A stretch of DNA of 64,000 bases, taken from positions 128,001-192,000 of the forward strand of contig JBDTZG010000004.1 of NCBI GenBank assembly GCA_040005235.1, in the 5' to 3' direction. This DNA comes from Acidobacteriota bacterium (lineage in GTDB: Bacteria; Acidobacteriota; Thermoanaerobaculia; Multivoradales; UBA5704). The translations under genes and the position numbers were made by a program. Below, piece after piece: positions 1-10,326 of this stretch (positions are counted from its first letter, which is position 1; each line of letters begins with the position of its first letter). A model generated the notes under the pieces. The model did no database searches. It was not told where the DNA came from and saw nothing but the letters and a program-made list of their open reading frames with translations.

Positions 1-157
1 CGTACTGGGGCTCGTAGTTGGCACCGAGCCCCATGTCCTTCTTCACCAGGTCGCGAATATGACCGAGCGACGCTTCGACGGCGTAATTGCGCCCGAGGAA
101 CTTCTTGAGCGTGCGGGTTTTTGCGGGACTTTCGACGATCACCAGATTCTTGGCCAT
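1..157 (-). CDS. topA: DNA topoisomerase I, N-terminal fragment (runs off window)
   Basis: Manual translation [37 protein letters not shown] is the TOPRIM start of TopA; it follows dprA as usual. Confidence 0.95.
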   Translation of the reverse strand, partial: MAKNLVIVESPAKTRTLKKFLGRNYAVEASLGHIRDLVKKDMGLGANYEPQY

Positions 158-275
158 GGGTTCCCTCTAACGCTCCGGAGCGATTCTCCATTCCAAAGGC
201 CCGTTCGAGCCGCCCGATGATGTCCGCCCCGGAGGCGAGCCGGGGAGGGTACCACCGGGCACCCGGGGTCGCAAC

Positions 276-1370
276 TTACACCCGCCGATACCTCCCGCCC
301 GGCATTCTCAAGACCCGTCCGAGCAGCTCCAGCTCCAAGAGGGTCGCGAGCACGCGGTCGATCGGGGCGCCGGTCGCCACGACCAGATCCTCCGGCGCAC
401 GGTCGAATCCCGGAACCAGGGCCTGAAGGATCGCCCCGGCGAGGCCGGGCAGCGGCTCGGGTTCCGGCGGCTCCGACGGGAGAATCGACAGTTGGGTTGC
501 AGTGCGAGGTGCGAACAGATCGAACAGATCCTTTGGGTGCTGGGCGAGGAAGGCGCCGTCGCGCAGCAGGGCGTGGGGCCCGAGCGAGCGTTCGTCAAAG
601 ATTTGGCCGGGGACGGCGAACACATCGCGGCCGAGGTCGAGCGCCCATCGTGCGGTCGAGAGCGAACCGGACCGCGCGGCGGCCTGAACCACAAGGACGG
701 CTTGGCTGAGTGCAGCGATCGACCGGTTCCGCACGGGGAAGTTCCAACTGCGCGGCTCGTAGCCGCAAGGAAATTCGCTCACCAGGGCGCCCCGGGCGGC
801 GATCGCCCGGCCGAGGTGGGCATGGCCGCGCGGATAGTCGATCCCCAAACCGCAGCCGAGGATCGCGACCGTCCGGCCGGACAGAGGCGCGAGTGCGCCG
901 CGATGGGCCGCCGCGTCGATGCCCCGGGCAAAGCCCGAGACCACCGCGATCCCGCGCTCGGCGAGGGCCGAGGCGAAGAGCTGGGCGACCTCTAGGCCGT
1001 AGGCGTCCGCCCGGCGCGAGCCGACGATCGCTACCGCCGGCCCGGTGGGCAAGTCGCCCGCGATCGAGAGGACCGGCGGGGCGAGCGGCAGCTCGGCGAG
1101 TGCCGGGGGATATTCGGGATCGAGCCGGGTGACGATCCGGGCGCCGAAGGCGGCCGCACGCTCGCGCTCCGCGATTCCCGCCTCGCGGGCTTGCGGGAGC
1201 GCCGCGAGCGCGGTTTCGAGCTGGCGCTTCGGCAGGCCCAGCTCGCGGGCGAGCCGCTCGGGGGAAGGGGCGGCGGCTCCGGTCCAGACGTCAAGATCCT
1301 CGGCCAGGCGGGCGAGCGCCGCGCGGGAGAGGTTCTTCTCGGCATGCAGGCCGATCAACAGGTCGGTCAT
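276..1370 (-). CDS. dprA: DNA-processing protein DprA/Smf
   Basis: AIVGSR, VSGFARGIDAAAH, FPVRNR, RSGSL motifs and C-terminal wHTH; start trimmed to ATG 1370 (MTDLLIGL). Confidence 0.93.
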   Translation of the reverse strand: MTDLLIGLHAEKNLSRAALARLAEDLDVWTGAAAPSPERLARELGLPKRQLETALAALPQAREAGIAERERAAAFGARIVTRLDPEYPPALAELPLAPPVLSIAGDLPTGPAVAIVGSRRADAYGLEVAQLFASALAERGIAVVSGFARGIDAAAHRGALAPLSGRTVAILGCGLGIDYPRGHAHLGRAIAARGALVSEFPCGYEPRSWNFPVRNRSIAALSQAVLVVQAAARSGSLSTARWALDLGRDVFAVPGQIFDERSLGPHALLRDGAFLAQHPKDLFDLFAPRTATQLSILPSEPPEPEPLPGLAGAILQALVPGFDRAPEDLVVATGAPIDRVLATLLELELLGRVLRMPGGRYRRV

Positions 1371-1677
1371 GGAGCGGGGCGAAAGATGGATGGGGTGCGG
1401 CGGGACGACTTCGGACGGGGTGATGTGCGAGCTCAGAGTCTCGCCGTTCGTCGTTTTCATGGCGCGTGGCCTCCTCGCCAGAGAAAAGACGTAAAAGGGG
1501 GGGCTGAGTCTCGATGATTCGGGGACGAAGGCCGTCCGGAAGCGCGAAGTCGTTCGTATATACTCCCCGAGGCCAGCCCAAGGACGGTACCTCCTACGAG
1601 CGCACTCGAACGTGATGACGACACGCGCGATCCCCCAGACGCACCGCTCGAAACCCTCGGTCACGGAGACCACGCCG

Positions 1678-2196
1678 ATGTCTCGCGCCTTCCTCCGGCT
1701 CCAATTCCTCCCCTTCGCGACCGTCTGTCTGATCGTTTTCGGCTTGGCCGGGTCACGACCCGCCGCCGCGCGCGATTCGGCCGGCGGCGCCCAGCTCTCC
1801 TTCGGGGTCAAGATGGCCCAGCAGGGCCTGTGGAACGAAGCTCTGTTCCGCTTCCACCAGGCCGATCTGGCGGACCCTGCCAACCCGCACATCCGCAACA
1901 ATCTCGCGGTGGCGTACGAGGCGACGGGCGATTTCGAGAAGGCCCTTACCTATTACAAGCAGGCGCTGGAAGCGGCGCCGAACGACCGGACGCTGCGCGG
2001 CAACTACGCGCGCTTCGTCGAGTTCTACCAGGCGTACAAGGGGGGCAAGGCGGTCAAGCCCACGCCGGGGCCCAAAGACGTGGCCAAGGGCGGCTTGAAC
2101 CCGGCGGAACCGCTGGTGCCAAGCGGTGCGCCAGCCTCCTCGCCGGGGGCGCCGATCGAGATTCCGGACAACGCGCCGCCGCCGCCTCCGCTTTGA
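1678..2196 (+). CDS. Exported TPR protein with Pro-rich tail
   Basis: Signal-peptide-like N-terminus; TPR NNLAVAYEATGDFEKALTYYKQALE. Confidence 0.8.
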   Translation: MSRAFLRLQFLPFATVCLIVFGLAGSRPAAARDSAGGAQLSFGVKMAQQGLWNEALFRFHQADLADPANPHIRNNLAVAYEATGDFEKALTYYKQALEAAPNDRTLRGNYARFVEFYQAYKGGKAVKPTPGPKDVAKGGLNPAEPLVPSGAPASSPGAPIEIPDNAPPPPPL

Positions 2197-2252
2197 TGGA
2201 ACTGACGTACCTTCCGGCGGTGCACCTGCCGGGCCTTTAAGGAGAATTCTCG

Positions 2253-2957
2253 ATGCGCTGGAAGCTCTTTGCGGTCGCAGGAACGGCTCTTTTCGTCGCG
2301 TTCGCAGCGGCCCCGCCGGCCCGCGGGTCGGCGATCGAAGTACAGCTCAAGCTGCCGCAAAAGGCGCGGCTCGATCTCAAGGGCAAGAAGTCGATCGCGG
2401 TGGCGCCGTTTCAGGTCGAGACGAAAGAAGACACCCAGCGGTTTCAGGGCCGCGACATCGACGTGCAGAAAGAGTTCGCGCGCTACCTGGTGAAGGTGAT
2501 CCGGCGCGAGACCGAGCTTAAGGTGATCGAGACCGGCGGGCTCGATCTGCCCGTCACGGACTTCGAGCAACTGGCCAAGCAGACCGATTTCTGGCAGGCG
2601 CTCGGCGAGCGCACGGGCGCCGATCTGCTCCTTTCCGGGGGACTCGACTTCGACGTCCAGGACAAGACCGGCTACCGCACCGAGGAATACGTCTCGCCGT
2701 TCAACGGCCAGACCTATTACCGCCAGGTGCTGGTCGAACAGACCGGTTTCGAATACGACATCCTGATGCAGGTCTACGACGCGAAGAGCGGCACCCTGGT
2801 CTACCAGGACAACTTCAAGGATTTCCAGAAGTTCGAAGGGGAATCCACCGATCCGCTGCGCGGCATGTTCGAGAACCTGCTGTCGCTTGAGGACAAGATC
2901 GTCGGCGTCTTCACCCAGAAGGAAGTGGAGACCACGCGAACCTTGTTCACCGATTGA
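2253..2957 (+). CDS. Exported hypothetical protein (CsgG/TolB-N-like alpha/beta fold possible)
   Basis: AAGGAG RBS, signal peptide, strong codon bias; SIAVAPF...GADLLLSG pattern. Confidence 0.75.
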   Translation: MRWKLFAVAGTALFVAFAAAPPARGSAIEVQLKLPQKARLDLKGKKSIAVAPFQVETKEDTQRFQGRDIDVQKEFARYLVKVIRRETELKVIETGGLDLPVTDFEQLAKQTDFWQALGERTGADLLLSGGLDFDVQDKTGYRTEEYVSPFNGQTYYRQVLVEQTGFEYDILMQVYDAKSGTLVYQDNFKDFQKFEGESTDPLRGMFENLLSLEDKIVGVFTQKEVETTRTLFTD

Positions 2958-3065
2958 CGGCCGATCCGAAGCGGCCCGTACGTGGTGATGATTTGTGATT
3001 CGGTCGAGGGCAATCCGGTGGTTCCCGTGGCTCGCGCACGAGCCGATTCGCGAGAGGAGGATTCG

Positions 3066-5993
3066 TTGAACCGTTCATTTCCACGTTTTCGGGGCTGGGT
3101 GCTCGGCGGTGCTTGGACCGGAGTTCTGGCGATCTCGCTGCTCTCCAATCTTGCCGCAGCACCCGCGTCGGCGCAGACGGCAGGTTCGTTCGGCAAGAAC
3201 AAGATTGCCTATCGCAGGTTCGATTGGCACATCTACCACTCGCCGCACTTCAACCTCTACTACTACACCGCCGAGGAACCGCTGCTCGAAAAAGTCGCTT
3301 CGCTCGCCGAAAGCGCCTACGACCGGTTGTCCCGGGATTTCAACTTCCAGATCAAAGAGCCGGTGCCGTTGATCTTCTACGCCACCCATTCGGCGTTCGA
3401 GCAGAACAACGTCATCCAGAACTTCATCCCGGAAGGGATCGGCGCGTTCGCCTCCCCGGCCCGATTCCGGATGGTCCTGCCCGTGGACCTCGCAGATTCC
3501 GAGCTGATGGAGCTGATCCTCCACGAGCTGACCCACATCTTCCAGTACAAGATCCTGTTCCAGGGCCGCCTCGCCGAGGCCGCGACGACCTCGCCGCCGA
3601 CCTGGTTCATGGAAGGCATGGCGAGTTACATGGCGAAAGACGAGTCGTCGCGCGACAAGATGTTCCTGCGCGACGCGGTGGTCAACGACCAGATTCCCTC
3701 GGTCGGGGACGACTTCGGCGGCTTTTTCGCCTACCGCTTCGGCCATGCGGTGTTCGATTTCATTGAAGACCGCTGGGGCAAGGACGGCTTTCTCGACTTC
3801 GTCTACGAGGCGCGAAACGCCCTCGGCTCGCGCGTCGATCGCGCGGTCAAGCGGACGTTCAAGCTGGAGGTCGAGGACTTCGACGCCGAGTTCCGCCGCT
3901 GGCTGCGCAAGAAGTACCTGGCGCAGCTGATCGTGACCGGCGAGCCGGGCGACTTCGGCCGCCTGTTCCGGGTCGAAGGCAGCGGCGGTCGTTCGACCTA
4001 CGAGACCTCCCCTACGGCATCCCCCTCGGGCGATTTGGTCGCGGCGTTCAGCTCGTACCGCGGCGACGTCGACGTGGTCCTGTTCGATGCGCGGAAGCGC
4101 AAACTTCTGCGCAACTTGACCAAGGGCTATTCGAGTCAGTACCAGTACCCGGTGGCGCAGGAGCTGGAGCTCGGCCGGAAGACCGGCCGCGATCTTGCGT
4201 TCTCGCCCGACGGCAACACGATCGCGCTATTCGTCAAGCGCGAGAGCGGCCGTAGTCTCGCGATGCTCGACGTCTTGAAGGGCGGCATCCGCAAGATCAT
4301 CGACATGAAGGACATCGAGCAGCAGCTTGCACCCGCCTGGAGCCCGGACGGCAAGACGGTCGCTTTCTCCGGCTATCAGAACGGCCAGTTCGACATCTTC
4401 ACGATCGACCTCGATACGCTGGCGATCACCAACCTGACGGGCGACCCGGTGTTCGACGGCGCGCCGACCTATTCGCCCGACGGCAAATCGATCATCTTCG
4501 TCTCGGACGTCGGCGACAAGCAGAAGCTGTTCCGCATCGACCTCAGCAACCCGAAGGAGCGCTTCGCGGTCACCACGGGTGAATCGATCGAGAACGACCC
4601 GATCTACTCGCCGGACGGCAAGCGGGTCTATTTCACCTCCGACCGGGCGGGCGCCGAGAACATCTACAGCTTGGATCTCGCGACCGGCGCTCTGCTTCAG
4701 CACACCAACGTGGTCACCGGGGCCTCGATGCCTACGATCCTCAAAGGCGAGGCCGGCAAGGAAAACCTGGTCTACACCGGTTTCTGGAAAGGCACGTTCG
4801 ATCTCTACGTGTCGGAGCTGGAAGACAAGATCGGCGAGCCGGCCACCGAGCCGATCGCCGCCGCGCCGACCAGCGCCCAGGCGATTCCGCGCTTCGAGCC
4901 CGATATCCAGGTGGCGATCGACGACGCGAACAAGGAGAAATACGGCGGCCGCAAGTTCTTCCTCGAAGGGGCGCAGACCTACGTCGGCGTCGACGACAAC
5001 CAGACGGTCATCGGCCAGGTGCAGTTGAGCTTCTCGGATTACCTCGGCGACAAGCGCATCCAGGCGCTCTTCTCGTCGATCGAGAGCCTGTCGAACTTCG
5101 ATTTCATCTACGCCGACGTGTCGCACCGCTGGCAGTGGAATGTGAACTTGTTTGACACCCGGCTGTTCTACGCCAGCAACGAGGTGGTCAACGGAGCTTT
5201 CCGACGCGGCGACTCGGCTCTCGAGCTGACCGGCCTCACCGGATCGGTGGCCTACCCGTTCAGCTTCTACCGCCGGGCCGAGGTCGGGCTCGGCTACATC
5301 CAGCGGAAGATCAAGTTCAACTCGTTCATTGAAGATCCGCGAACCGGCCTGCCGGTCCAGGTGATCGGACAGGCCGATGACAACTACCCGATCCTTCAGG
5401 CGGCTTTGGTTTCCGACACGACGGCGTTCATCCAGTCGGGACCTCATTCGGGGCACCGGATCCGGCTGGATGGCAGCTACGCTCCCGATACGGGGGGGAG
5501 CGGCACACTGCTCTCCCAGGTAGATCTCGACGCCCGGAAGTACATCGCTTTCACCCAGCGCAGCGGCCTGGCGCTCCGCGCCTACGCGGCGGTGGCCGAT
5601 GGCAACAACCCAACGCCGCTCCGGATCGGCGGACTCGACACCGTGCGCGGCGTCGATTTCCTCTCCCTCCTGGGCGACCGGGCGTTCTTCACCAACATCG
5701 AGCTGCGCTTTCCGCTGATCGACGTGGTGGCGACCCCGTTCCTGGGTATTCGCGGGGTGCGCGGCGTCATTTTCTTGGACACCGGCGGCGCCTGGTTCAA
5801 GGATGTGCAGGGCTTCCGGTTCTACAACAAGGCCACCGGGAAGCTCCAAGACGGTGTCGCCGCTTACGGCTGGGGCGTCTCGGCCCGGATTCTCGGTGGC
5901 CTCGACTTCAACTGGGATTTCGCGAAGCCCTACAAGTCGGCTACCGACGACGGCGGCTTCCGGACCTCGTTCTGGATCGGGACTCGGTTCTGA
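3066..5993 (+). CDS. Omp85/BamA-TamA family outer-membrane protein with N-terminal zinc peptidase (MA) domain and PD40/TolB beta-propeller
   Basis: HELTH + WFMEGMASY; repeated AFSPDG/WSPDG/YSPDG; GGLDTVRG loop, NIELRFPL, terminal Phe; TTG start after GAGGAGG. Confidence 0.85.
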   Translation: MNRSFPRFRGWVLGGAWTGVLAISLLSNLAAAPASAQTAGSFGKNKIAYRRFDWHIYHSPHFNLYYYTAEEPLLEKVASLAESAYDRLSRDFNFQIKEPVPLIFYATHSAFEQNNVIQNFIPEGIGAFASPARFRMVLPVDLADSELMELILHELTHIFQYKILFQGRLAEAATTSPPTWFMEGMASYMAKDESSRDKMFLRDAVVNDQIPSVGDDFGGFFAYRFGHAVFDFIEDRWGKDGFLDFVYEARNALGSRVDRAVKRTFKLEVEDFDAEFRRWLRKKYLAQLIVTGEPGDFGRLFRVEGSGGRSTYETSPTASPSGDLVAAFSSYRGDVDVVLFDARKRKLLRNLTKGYSSQYQYPVAQELELGRKTGRDLAFSPDGNTIALFVKRESGRSLAMLDVLKGGIRKIIDMKDIEQQLAPAWSPDGKTVAFSGYQNGQFDIFTIDLDTLAITNLTGDPVFDGAPTYSPDGKSIIFVSDVGDKQKLFRIDLSNPKERFAVTTGESIENDPIYSPDGKRVYFTSDRAGAENIYSLDLATGALLQHTNVVTGASMPTILKGEAGKENLVYTGFWKGTFDLYVSELEDKIGEPATEPIAAAPTSAQAIPRFEPDIQVAIDDANKEKYGGRKFFLEGAQTYVGVDDNQTVIGQVQLSFSDYLGDKRIQALFSSIESLSNFDFIYADVSHRWQWNVNLFDTRLFYASNEVVNGAFRRGDSALELTGLTGSVAYPFSFYRRAEVGLGYIQRKIKFNSFIEDPRTGLPVQVIGQADDNYPILQAALVSDTTAFIQSGPHSGHRIRLDGSYAPDTGGSGTLLSQVDLDARKYIAFTQRSGLALRAYAAVADGNNPTPLRIGGLDTVRGVDFLSLLGDRAFFTNIELRFPLIDVVATPFLGIRGVRGVIFLDTGGAWFKDVQGFRFYNKATGKLQDGVAAYGWGVSARILGGLDFNWDFAKPYKSATDDGGFRTSFWIGTRF

Positions 5994-6193
5994 TCCTGGA
6001 GGTGGGTATTAAGTAGGGTTGGCGGAGGGAGGGGGAGCGATCTTCCTCCCTTCGCTTTTCTGGGCTCGCGGGAAGCGCTTGCTCATTCGCCCGGCAATTC
6101 GCCGGCCCGGCTGGAACGGAACCTTTCGCCGCCGTCATCCTGAGCGAGAGCGAATGCCTTGACCTGACTAACTTCCTGGTTCACACTCGAAAC

Positions 6194-6328
6194 ATGACCA
6201 AGGCGCCGGTCGAGTTGCCCCGTCGGCCGGAGATCGGCTTCGCGAAGGGGACGTTCACCATCCCTGACGAGTTCTTCGAGTCGCTGCCGACGGAGCTCCT
6301 GGACGCTTTCGAAGGCCGGGCTGGATGA
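6194..6328 (+). CDS. Short antitoxin-like peptide (Phd/DUF2281-type C-terminal region)
   Basis: Manual translation MTKAPVELPRRPEIGFAKGTFTIPDEFFESLPTELLDAFEGRAG; ATGA overlap with the PIN gene. Confidence 0.65.
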   Translation: MTKAPVELPRRPEIGFAKGTFTIPDEFFESLPTELLDAFEGRAG

Positions 6329-6522
6329 GATTGCTGCTCGATACCTGCACCTTTCTTTGGGCCGCCCTTGACGAAGAGTCCGCGCTCCAGGTCGCCCAGC
6401 TCCCGCCGCTCCACCGCGATCCGTTCGATCGAATCCTGGTTGCCCAGGCGATCGTCCACGGTTGCGTCCTTTTGACCCCCGATCCGGACATCCAGGCCTA
6501 CCCGGTCCGGGTGGCCTGGTAG
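6325..6522 (+). pseudogene. vapC: VapC/PIN toxin with internal in-frame deletion (65 aa)
   Basis: Retains MRLLLDT..FLW and HRDPFDRILVAQA..LLTPD ends but lacks the central part of a typical PIN domain. Confidence 0.75.
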
Positions 6523-6534
6523 CAGAGGTAGCCC

Positions 6535-7602
6535 ATGTCCTCCGTGATCACCAACGTCGTCGAAATCGAATCGGTCCTACCTCACCCCAACGCCGACCGC
6601 CTGGCGCTCGCCCGGATCAAGGGTTGGCAGGCGGTGATTCGCAAGCACGAAGACGGAAGCCCTGAGTTCGCGCCCGGCGAGAAGGTGGTCTTCATCCCGC
6701 CCGATAGCACGTTACCGCGCGAGATGGCTGAGCGGCTGAACGTCGTGAGCTACCTTTCCGAGCGGACCGACGTCGAAGGGGCGCGGGTGCTCGTCGTCCG
6801 CCAGGTGCGTCTGCGCGGCGAGCCATCGTTCGGGTTGGTGGTTCGGCCCGAAGATCCGAGCTGGCCGGTGGGGACCGACGTGCGCGAGCACTATGGGATC
6901 GGCAAGTTCCGGCCGCCGGTCAAGTTCTCAGCCGGCGACTCAGAGTCGAACCATCCGCTGTTCCAGCGGTATACCGAGATCGAAAATCTGCGCAACTTTC
7001 CCGAGATCTTGGCCCCCGACGAAGAGGTTGTCGTGAGCGAAAAGATCCACGGCACCAATTCGCGTATCGGCTGGGTCGAAGGCAAAATGCTCGCCGGATC
7101 GCATGGTCTCCAAAGGAAGCGCCCGGAACCGGAAGATCTGCCGACCAATACCTATTGGTTCCCCTCGACGCTCGAAACGGTGCGCAACCTGCTCGACGAC
7201 CTCAAGAATCAGGGACACGACGTCGTCATTCTCTACGGCGAGATCTACGGCAGCCGCGTCCAAACCCTCCACTACGGCCGCCGCGATGGCCTCGGCTTCG
7301 CCGCCTTCGACCTCCTGGTGGGGGAGCACTACCTCGACTACGACGACTTCGCCACCCTCTGCGAACGGCATGGCGTGCCTACCGTTCCGATTCTCTGGCG
7401 AGGACCGTTCTCGCTCGCAAAAATCGCTGAGCTTTCCCGTGGCCAGACCAGCCTAGCCGACCAGCACATTCGTGAAGGGGTGGTCGTCAAGCCGACGAAG
7501 GAGCGCTACGACCCGGAAGTCGGGCGGGTGGTGCTCAAATACCTGAGCGACGACTACCTGCTGAACGACAAGATCCGGGCGGGGGATGCTACGGATCTTT
7601 AG
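6535..7602 (+). CDS. ATP-dependent RNA ligase, DRB0094/Rnl5-like
   Basis: HPNADRL OB-fold N-terminus, motif I EKIHGTN, YGEIYG, AFD, REGVVVKP, VLKY. Confidence 0.9.
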   Translation: MSSVITNVVEIESVLPHPNADRLALARIKGWQAVIRKHEDGSPEFAPGEKVVFIPPDSTLPREMAERLNVVSYLSERTDVEGARVLVVRQVRLRGEPSFGLVVRPEDPSWPVGTDVREHYGIGKFRPPVKFSAGDSESNHPLFQRYTEIENLRNFPEILAPDEEVVVSEKIHGTNSRIGWVEGKMLAGSHGLQRKRPEPEDLPTNTYWFPSTLETVRNLLDDLKNQGHDVVILYGEIYGSRVQTLHYGRRDGLGFAAFDLLVGEHYLDYDDFATLCERHGVPTVPILWRGPFSLAKIAELSRGQTSLADQHIREGVVVKPTKERYDPEVGRVVLKYLSDDYLLNDKIRAGDATDL

Positions 7603-7659
7603 GCAAGTCGAGTGAAGCCCTGTTCCTCGGTGATCGCCCTTCTTCAAACCCAAGCGGAA

Positions 7660-10317
7660 ATGCGACTTTCACCGATTGCGCTTGCCGTCGTTCTCCTCGC
7701 CACCTACCTGACGCGGCCGTCCCCGGCGGAAATTCGCATCCACCGCAATCTCACGGTCGCCGCCGGGCTGGCTCAATCGCAGGTGCTCTCCCTTGCCGAG
7801 GATCGCGACGGCGCGCTCTGGATTGGGACCAACGACGGGGCGAGCCGGTGGGATGGCGCGTCGTTCCTTACGCTTCAGAGCCGGGACGGGATGCCGGCCG
7901 GACCGGTGTATTCGATTGATCCGCGTCCGGATGGGACGGTTTTCTTCGCCACCGCGAACGGCCTCGCTGGGTATCGAAGCGGCCGGATCGTGCGCGCTCA
8001 GGCGGCGAGCGGTTTGGCCGTTTCGCCGGTCTTCAAAGAACCGGCGCCCGGGCTTGAGGGGAGCCGGATCTCGCGCACTGCCGAGGCTCCGGACGGCGCG
8101 ACTCTGTTCGCGACCGACAGGGGGCTTGCCCGGTCGATCGGCGGAAAGCTCTCTTGGCTCACGAGCGAGGCGACGACCTCGGTGGCCGTGGCGGCGGATG
8201 GGGCGATCTTCGCGGGGACTCCTTCCAGCGGCGCCCTCGTCTGGGCGTCGCCGGACGGACCGCCGGAACGGATCGGAACAGAGCACGGCCTCGCGTCTAA
8301 TCGAGTGTCTGCGGTGCTTGCCTCGTCCTCGGGCGCGGTGGTGTTCGGTACTGACGACGGGGCAAGCCTCTGGGATCGCGGAAGGGTAGCGACTTGGACC
8401 GTGGCGGGCGGTCTGCCGGAGAGATCGATCTGGACCTTTGCGGAGGATGACCGGGGCGGGTTCTGGATCGGCGGAGACGGTGGCCTTGCGCGACGGGAAG
8501 GGGGCAGGTTTCGCGTCGTCTCAGGGCTTCCCCGGGTGCCGATTCGCTCGCTCGCGCCGGGGTCGCCGGGTCGCCTTTTCGCAGGGACTCAAGGGGGCGG
8601 CCTTTGGGAGATCGAGATCGGCGAGGGGCGAGAACGCGTTCTCCGGATGTGGACCGAACGGGACGGCCTGCCTGATTCTTTCGTTCGGACTCTCACCCGG
8701 GACGCAGACGGCGCGATCTGGATCGGTACGCCTCGGGGGCTCGCAGTCCTTCGCGATGGGGGACTCGAGCCAGGGCCCACGCCGCTCGACCGAGCGGATG
8801 TCTATGCGCTCTCCTGGGATGCCGCGAGCAGGCTTCGGGTGGCCACCGCCGACGGCGTTTTCGGCCTCGAAGGAGATCGGGTTCGGAGTCTGGGAGGCAT
8901 GCCGGCCCGACCGGGTCTCGCTTTCCTTTCTTTCGGTCGCACTGTTTGGATCGGCACCTCCGGCGGGATCGGCCGCATTGGCGGCGATCGAATTGAGCGG
9001 ATCAACGTTGCGGGCGGGCTGGGCAACGAGACGATCAATTGCCTGGCGGCCGACCGAGAGGGGCGCCTGTTCGCGAGCACCAATCGGGGTGTCGAAGTGC
9101 TTCGCCCTGCGGGGGATGGGCTCGCCGCGGCGGACCGGCTTTCTTCGGCGGACGGATTGGCGAGCGAGGAGGGCAACCTGGGTGCGTGTTTCCGAGACGC
9201 TCGCGGACGACTCTGGTTCGGATCGATCGGCGGCGCCGCCGAGGTCGATCCGGCGCGGATCGTTTCCCGTCCGGCACCGCACATTGCCTGGACCGGCGCG
9301 AACCTGGGCGGCGTGCCGATGGCTCTGCCTCCACCCGGAACGGCGCTACATCTCGCCCCAGGGGCCGGCTCGCTCGCCCTGTCGTGGATCGGCGTCGACA
9401 TCGCGACCCCGGAGGCCGTGATCTACCAGACGCGGTTCGCGGGGCTCGATACGGCCTGGACCCAGACCGACCGACGCACGCTACAGCTCGCGAGCCCGGC
9501 GCCCGGAAGCTACCGATTCGAAGTCCGCGCCGCGCGGCGGGGCGGAGACTGGAGCCCGACCCTGGCGCTCGACCTCGTGGCCGAGGCTCCGCTTTGGCGC
9601 CGCGGTTGGTTTCGCGGGGCGGTGGCGCTCGGACTGCTCGCCTTGGTTGGAACCCTCGCCGCCTGGCGAGTTCGGCAGTTGCTGGCGATCGAGCGTCTGC
9701 GGACCGAGATCGCGGCCGACCTGCACGACCACGTAGGAGCTGGGCTCACCGAGATTGCGATCCTCGCCGAGATCGCGGGCCGGCGCGCGGCGCAGCGGAG
9801 CGAGTCGGAGGTAGCGGACCCTTCAAACGCCGCGCCGGAAATCGCCCGAGCGGCCGAGACGGCGCGCGGCTTGATCGATCGGATGGACGACATCGTCTGG
9901 CTGGTCAATCCGCGACGCGACTCGCTGCACGAGCTTTTCGTTCGGCTCAAAGACTCCTACTCCGAGCTGTTTTCGGCCAAGGGCGTAATTTTCCGCGCCA
10001 CCAACCTCCGCTTGTTCGAAGGCGTCCGCCTGCCCATGGCGCAGCGAGAAAATCTCCTTTCGATTTTTCGCGAGGCTCTTACCAACGCGCTCCGGCACAG
10101 CGACTGCCGCGAGATTGCGCTCGATGTTTCGCTTCGTCGGCGAATGCTCGAAGTGACTCTTTGCGACGACGGCGCGGGATTCGATCCCGACCCCGTCAAT
10201 GAGGGAGACGGCTTGTCCAACATGAAGGCGCGAGCGGCCAAGATCGGCGGCAAGCTCACGATCGAGTCGGTGCCGGGGGGCGGCACGAAGGTGCGCTTCC
10301 GGGGCCCGATCGGCTAA
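7660..10317 (+). CDS. Sensor histidine kinase with beta-propeller (Reg_prop) and Y_Y_Y domains, HisKA_3
   Basis: EDRDGALWIGT repeats, PGSYRFEVRA, TM helix, IAADLHDHVGAGL, EALTNALRHS, DDGAGF. Confidence 0.92.
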   Translation: MRLSPIALAVVLLATYLTRPSPAEIRIHRNLTVAAGLAQSQVLSLAEDRDGALWIGTNDGASRWDGASFLTLQSRDGMPAGPVYSIDPRPDGTVFFATANGLAGYRSGRIVRAQAASGLAVSPVFKEPAPGLEGSRISRTAEAPDGATLFATDRGLARSIGGKLSWLTSEATTSVAVAADGAIFAGTPSSGALVWASPDGPPERIGTEHGLASNRVSAVLASSSGAVVFGTDDGASLWDRGRVATWTVAGGLPERSIWTFAEDDRGGFWIGGDGGLARREGGRFRVVSGLPRVPIRSLAPGSPGRLFAGTQGGGLWEIEIGEGRERVLRMWTERDGLPDSFVRTLTRDADGAIWIGTPRGLAVLRDGGLEPGPTPLDRADVYALSWDAASRLRVATADGVFGLEGDRVRSLGGMPARPGLAFLSFGRTVWIGTSGGIGRIGGDRIERINVAGGLGNETINCLAADREGRLFASTNRGVEVLRPAGDGLAAADRLSSADGLASEEGNLGACFRDARGRLWFGSIGGAAEVDPARIVSRPAPHIAWTGANLGGVPMALPPPGTALHLAPGAGSLALSWIGVDIATPEAVIYQTRFAGLDTAWTQTDRRTLQLASPAPGSYRFEVRAARRGGDWSPTLALDLVAEAPLWRRGWFRGAVALGLLALVGTLAAWRVRQLLAIERLRTEIAADLHDHVGAGLTEIAILAEIAGRRAAQRSESEVADPSNAAPEIARAAETARGLIDRMDDIVWLVNPRRDSLHELFVRLKDSYSELFSAKGVIFRATNLRLFEGVRLPMAQRENLLSIFREALTNALRHSDCREIALDVSLRRRMLEVTLCDDGAGFDPDPVNEGDGLSNMKARAAKIGGKLTIESVPGGGTKVRFRGPIG

Positions 10318-10326
10318 CCTAACGCA

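Noticed and set aside
1371-1901. N-terminal extension of the dprA ORF
   Set aside because: Overlaps the divergent TPR gene and intergenic region; not DprA-like
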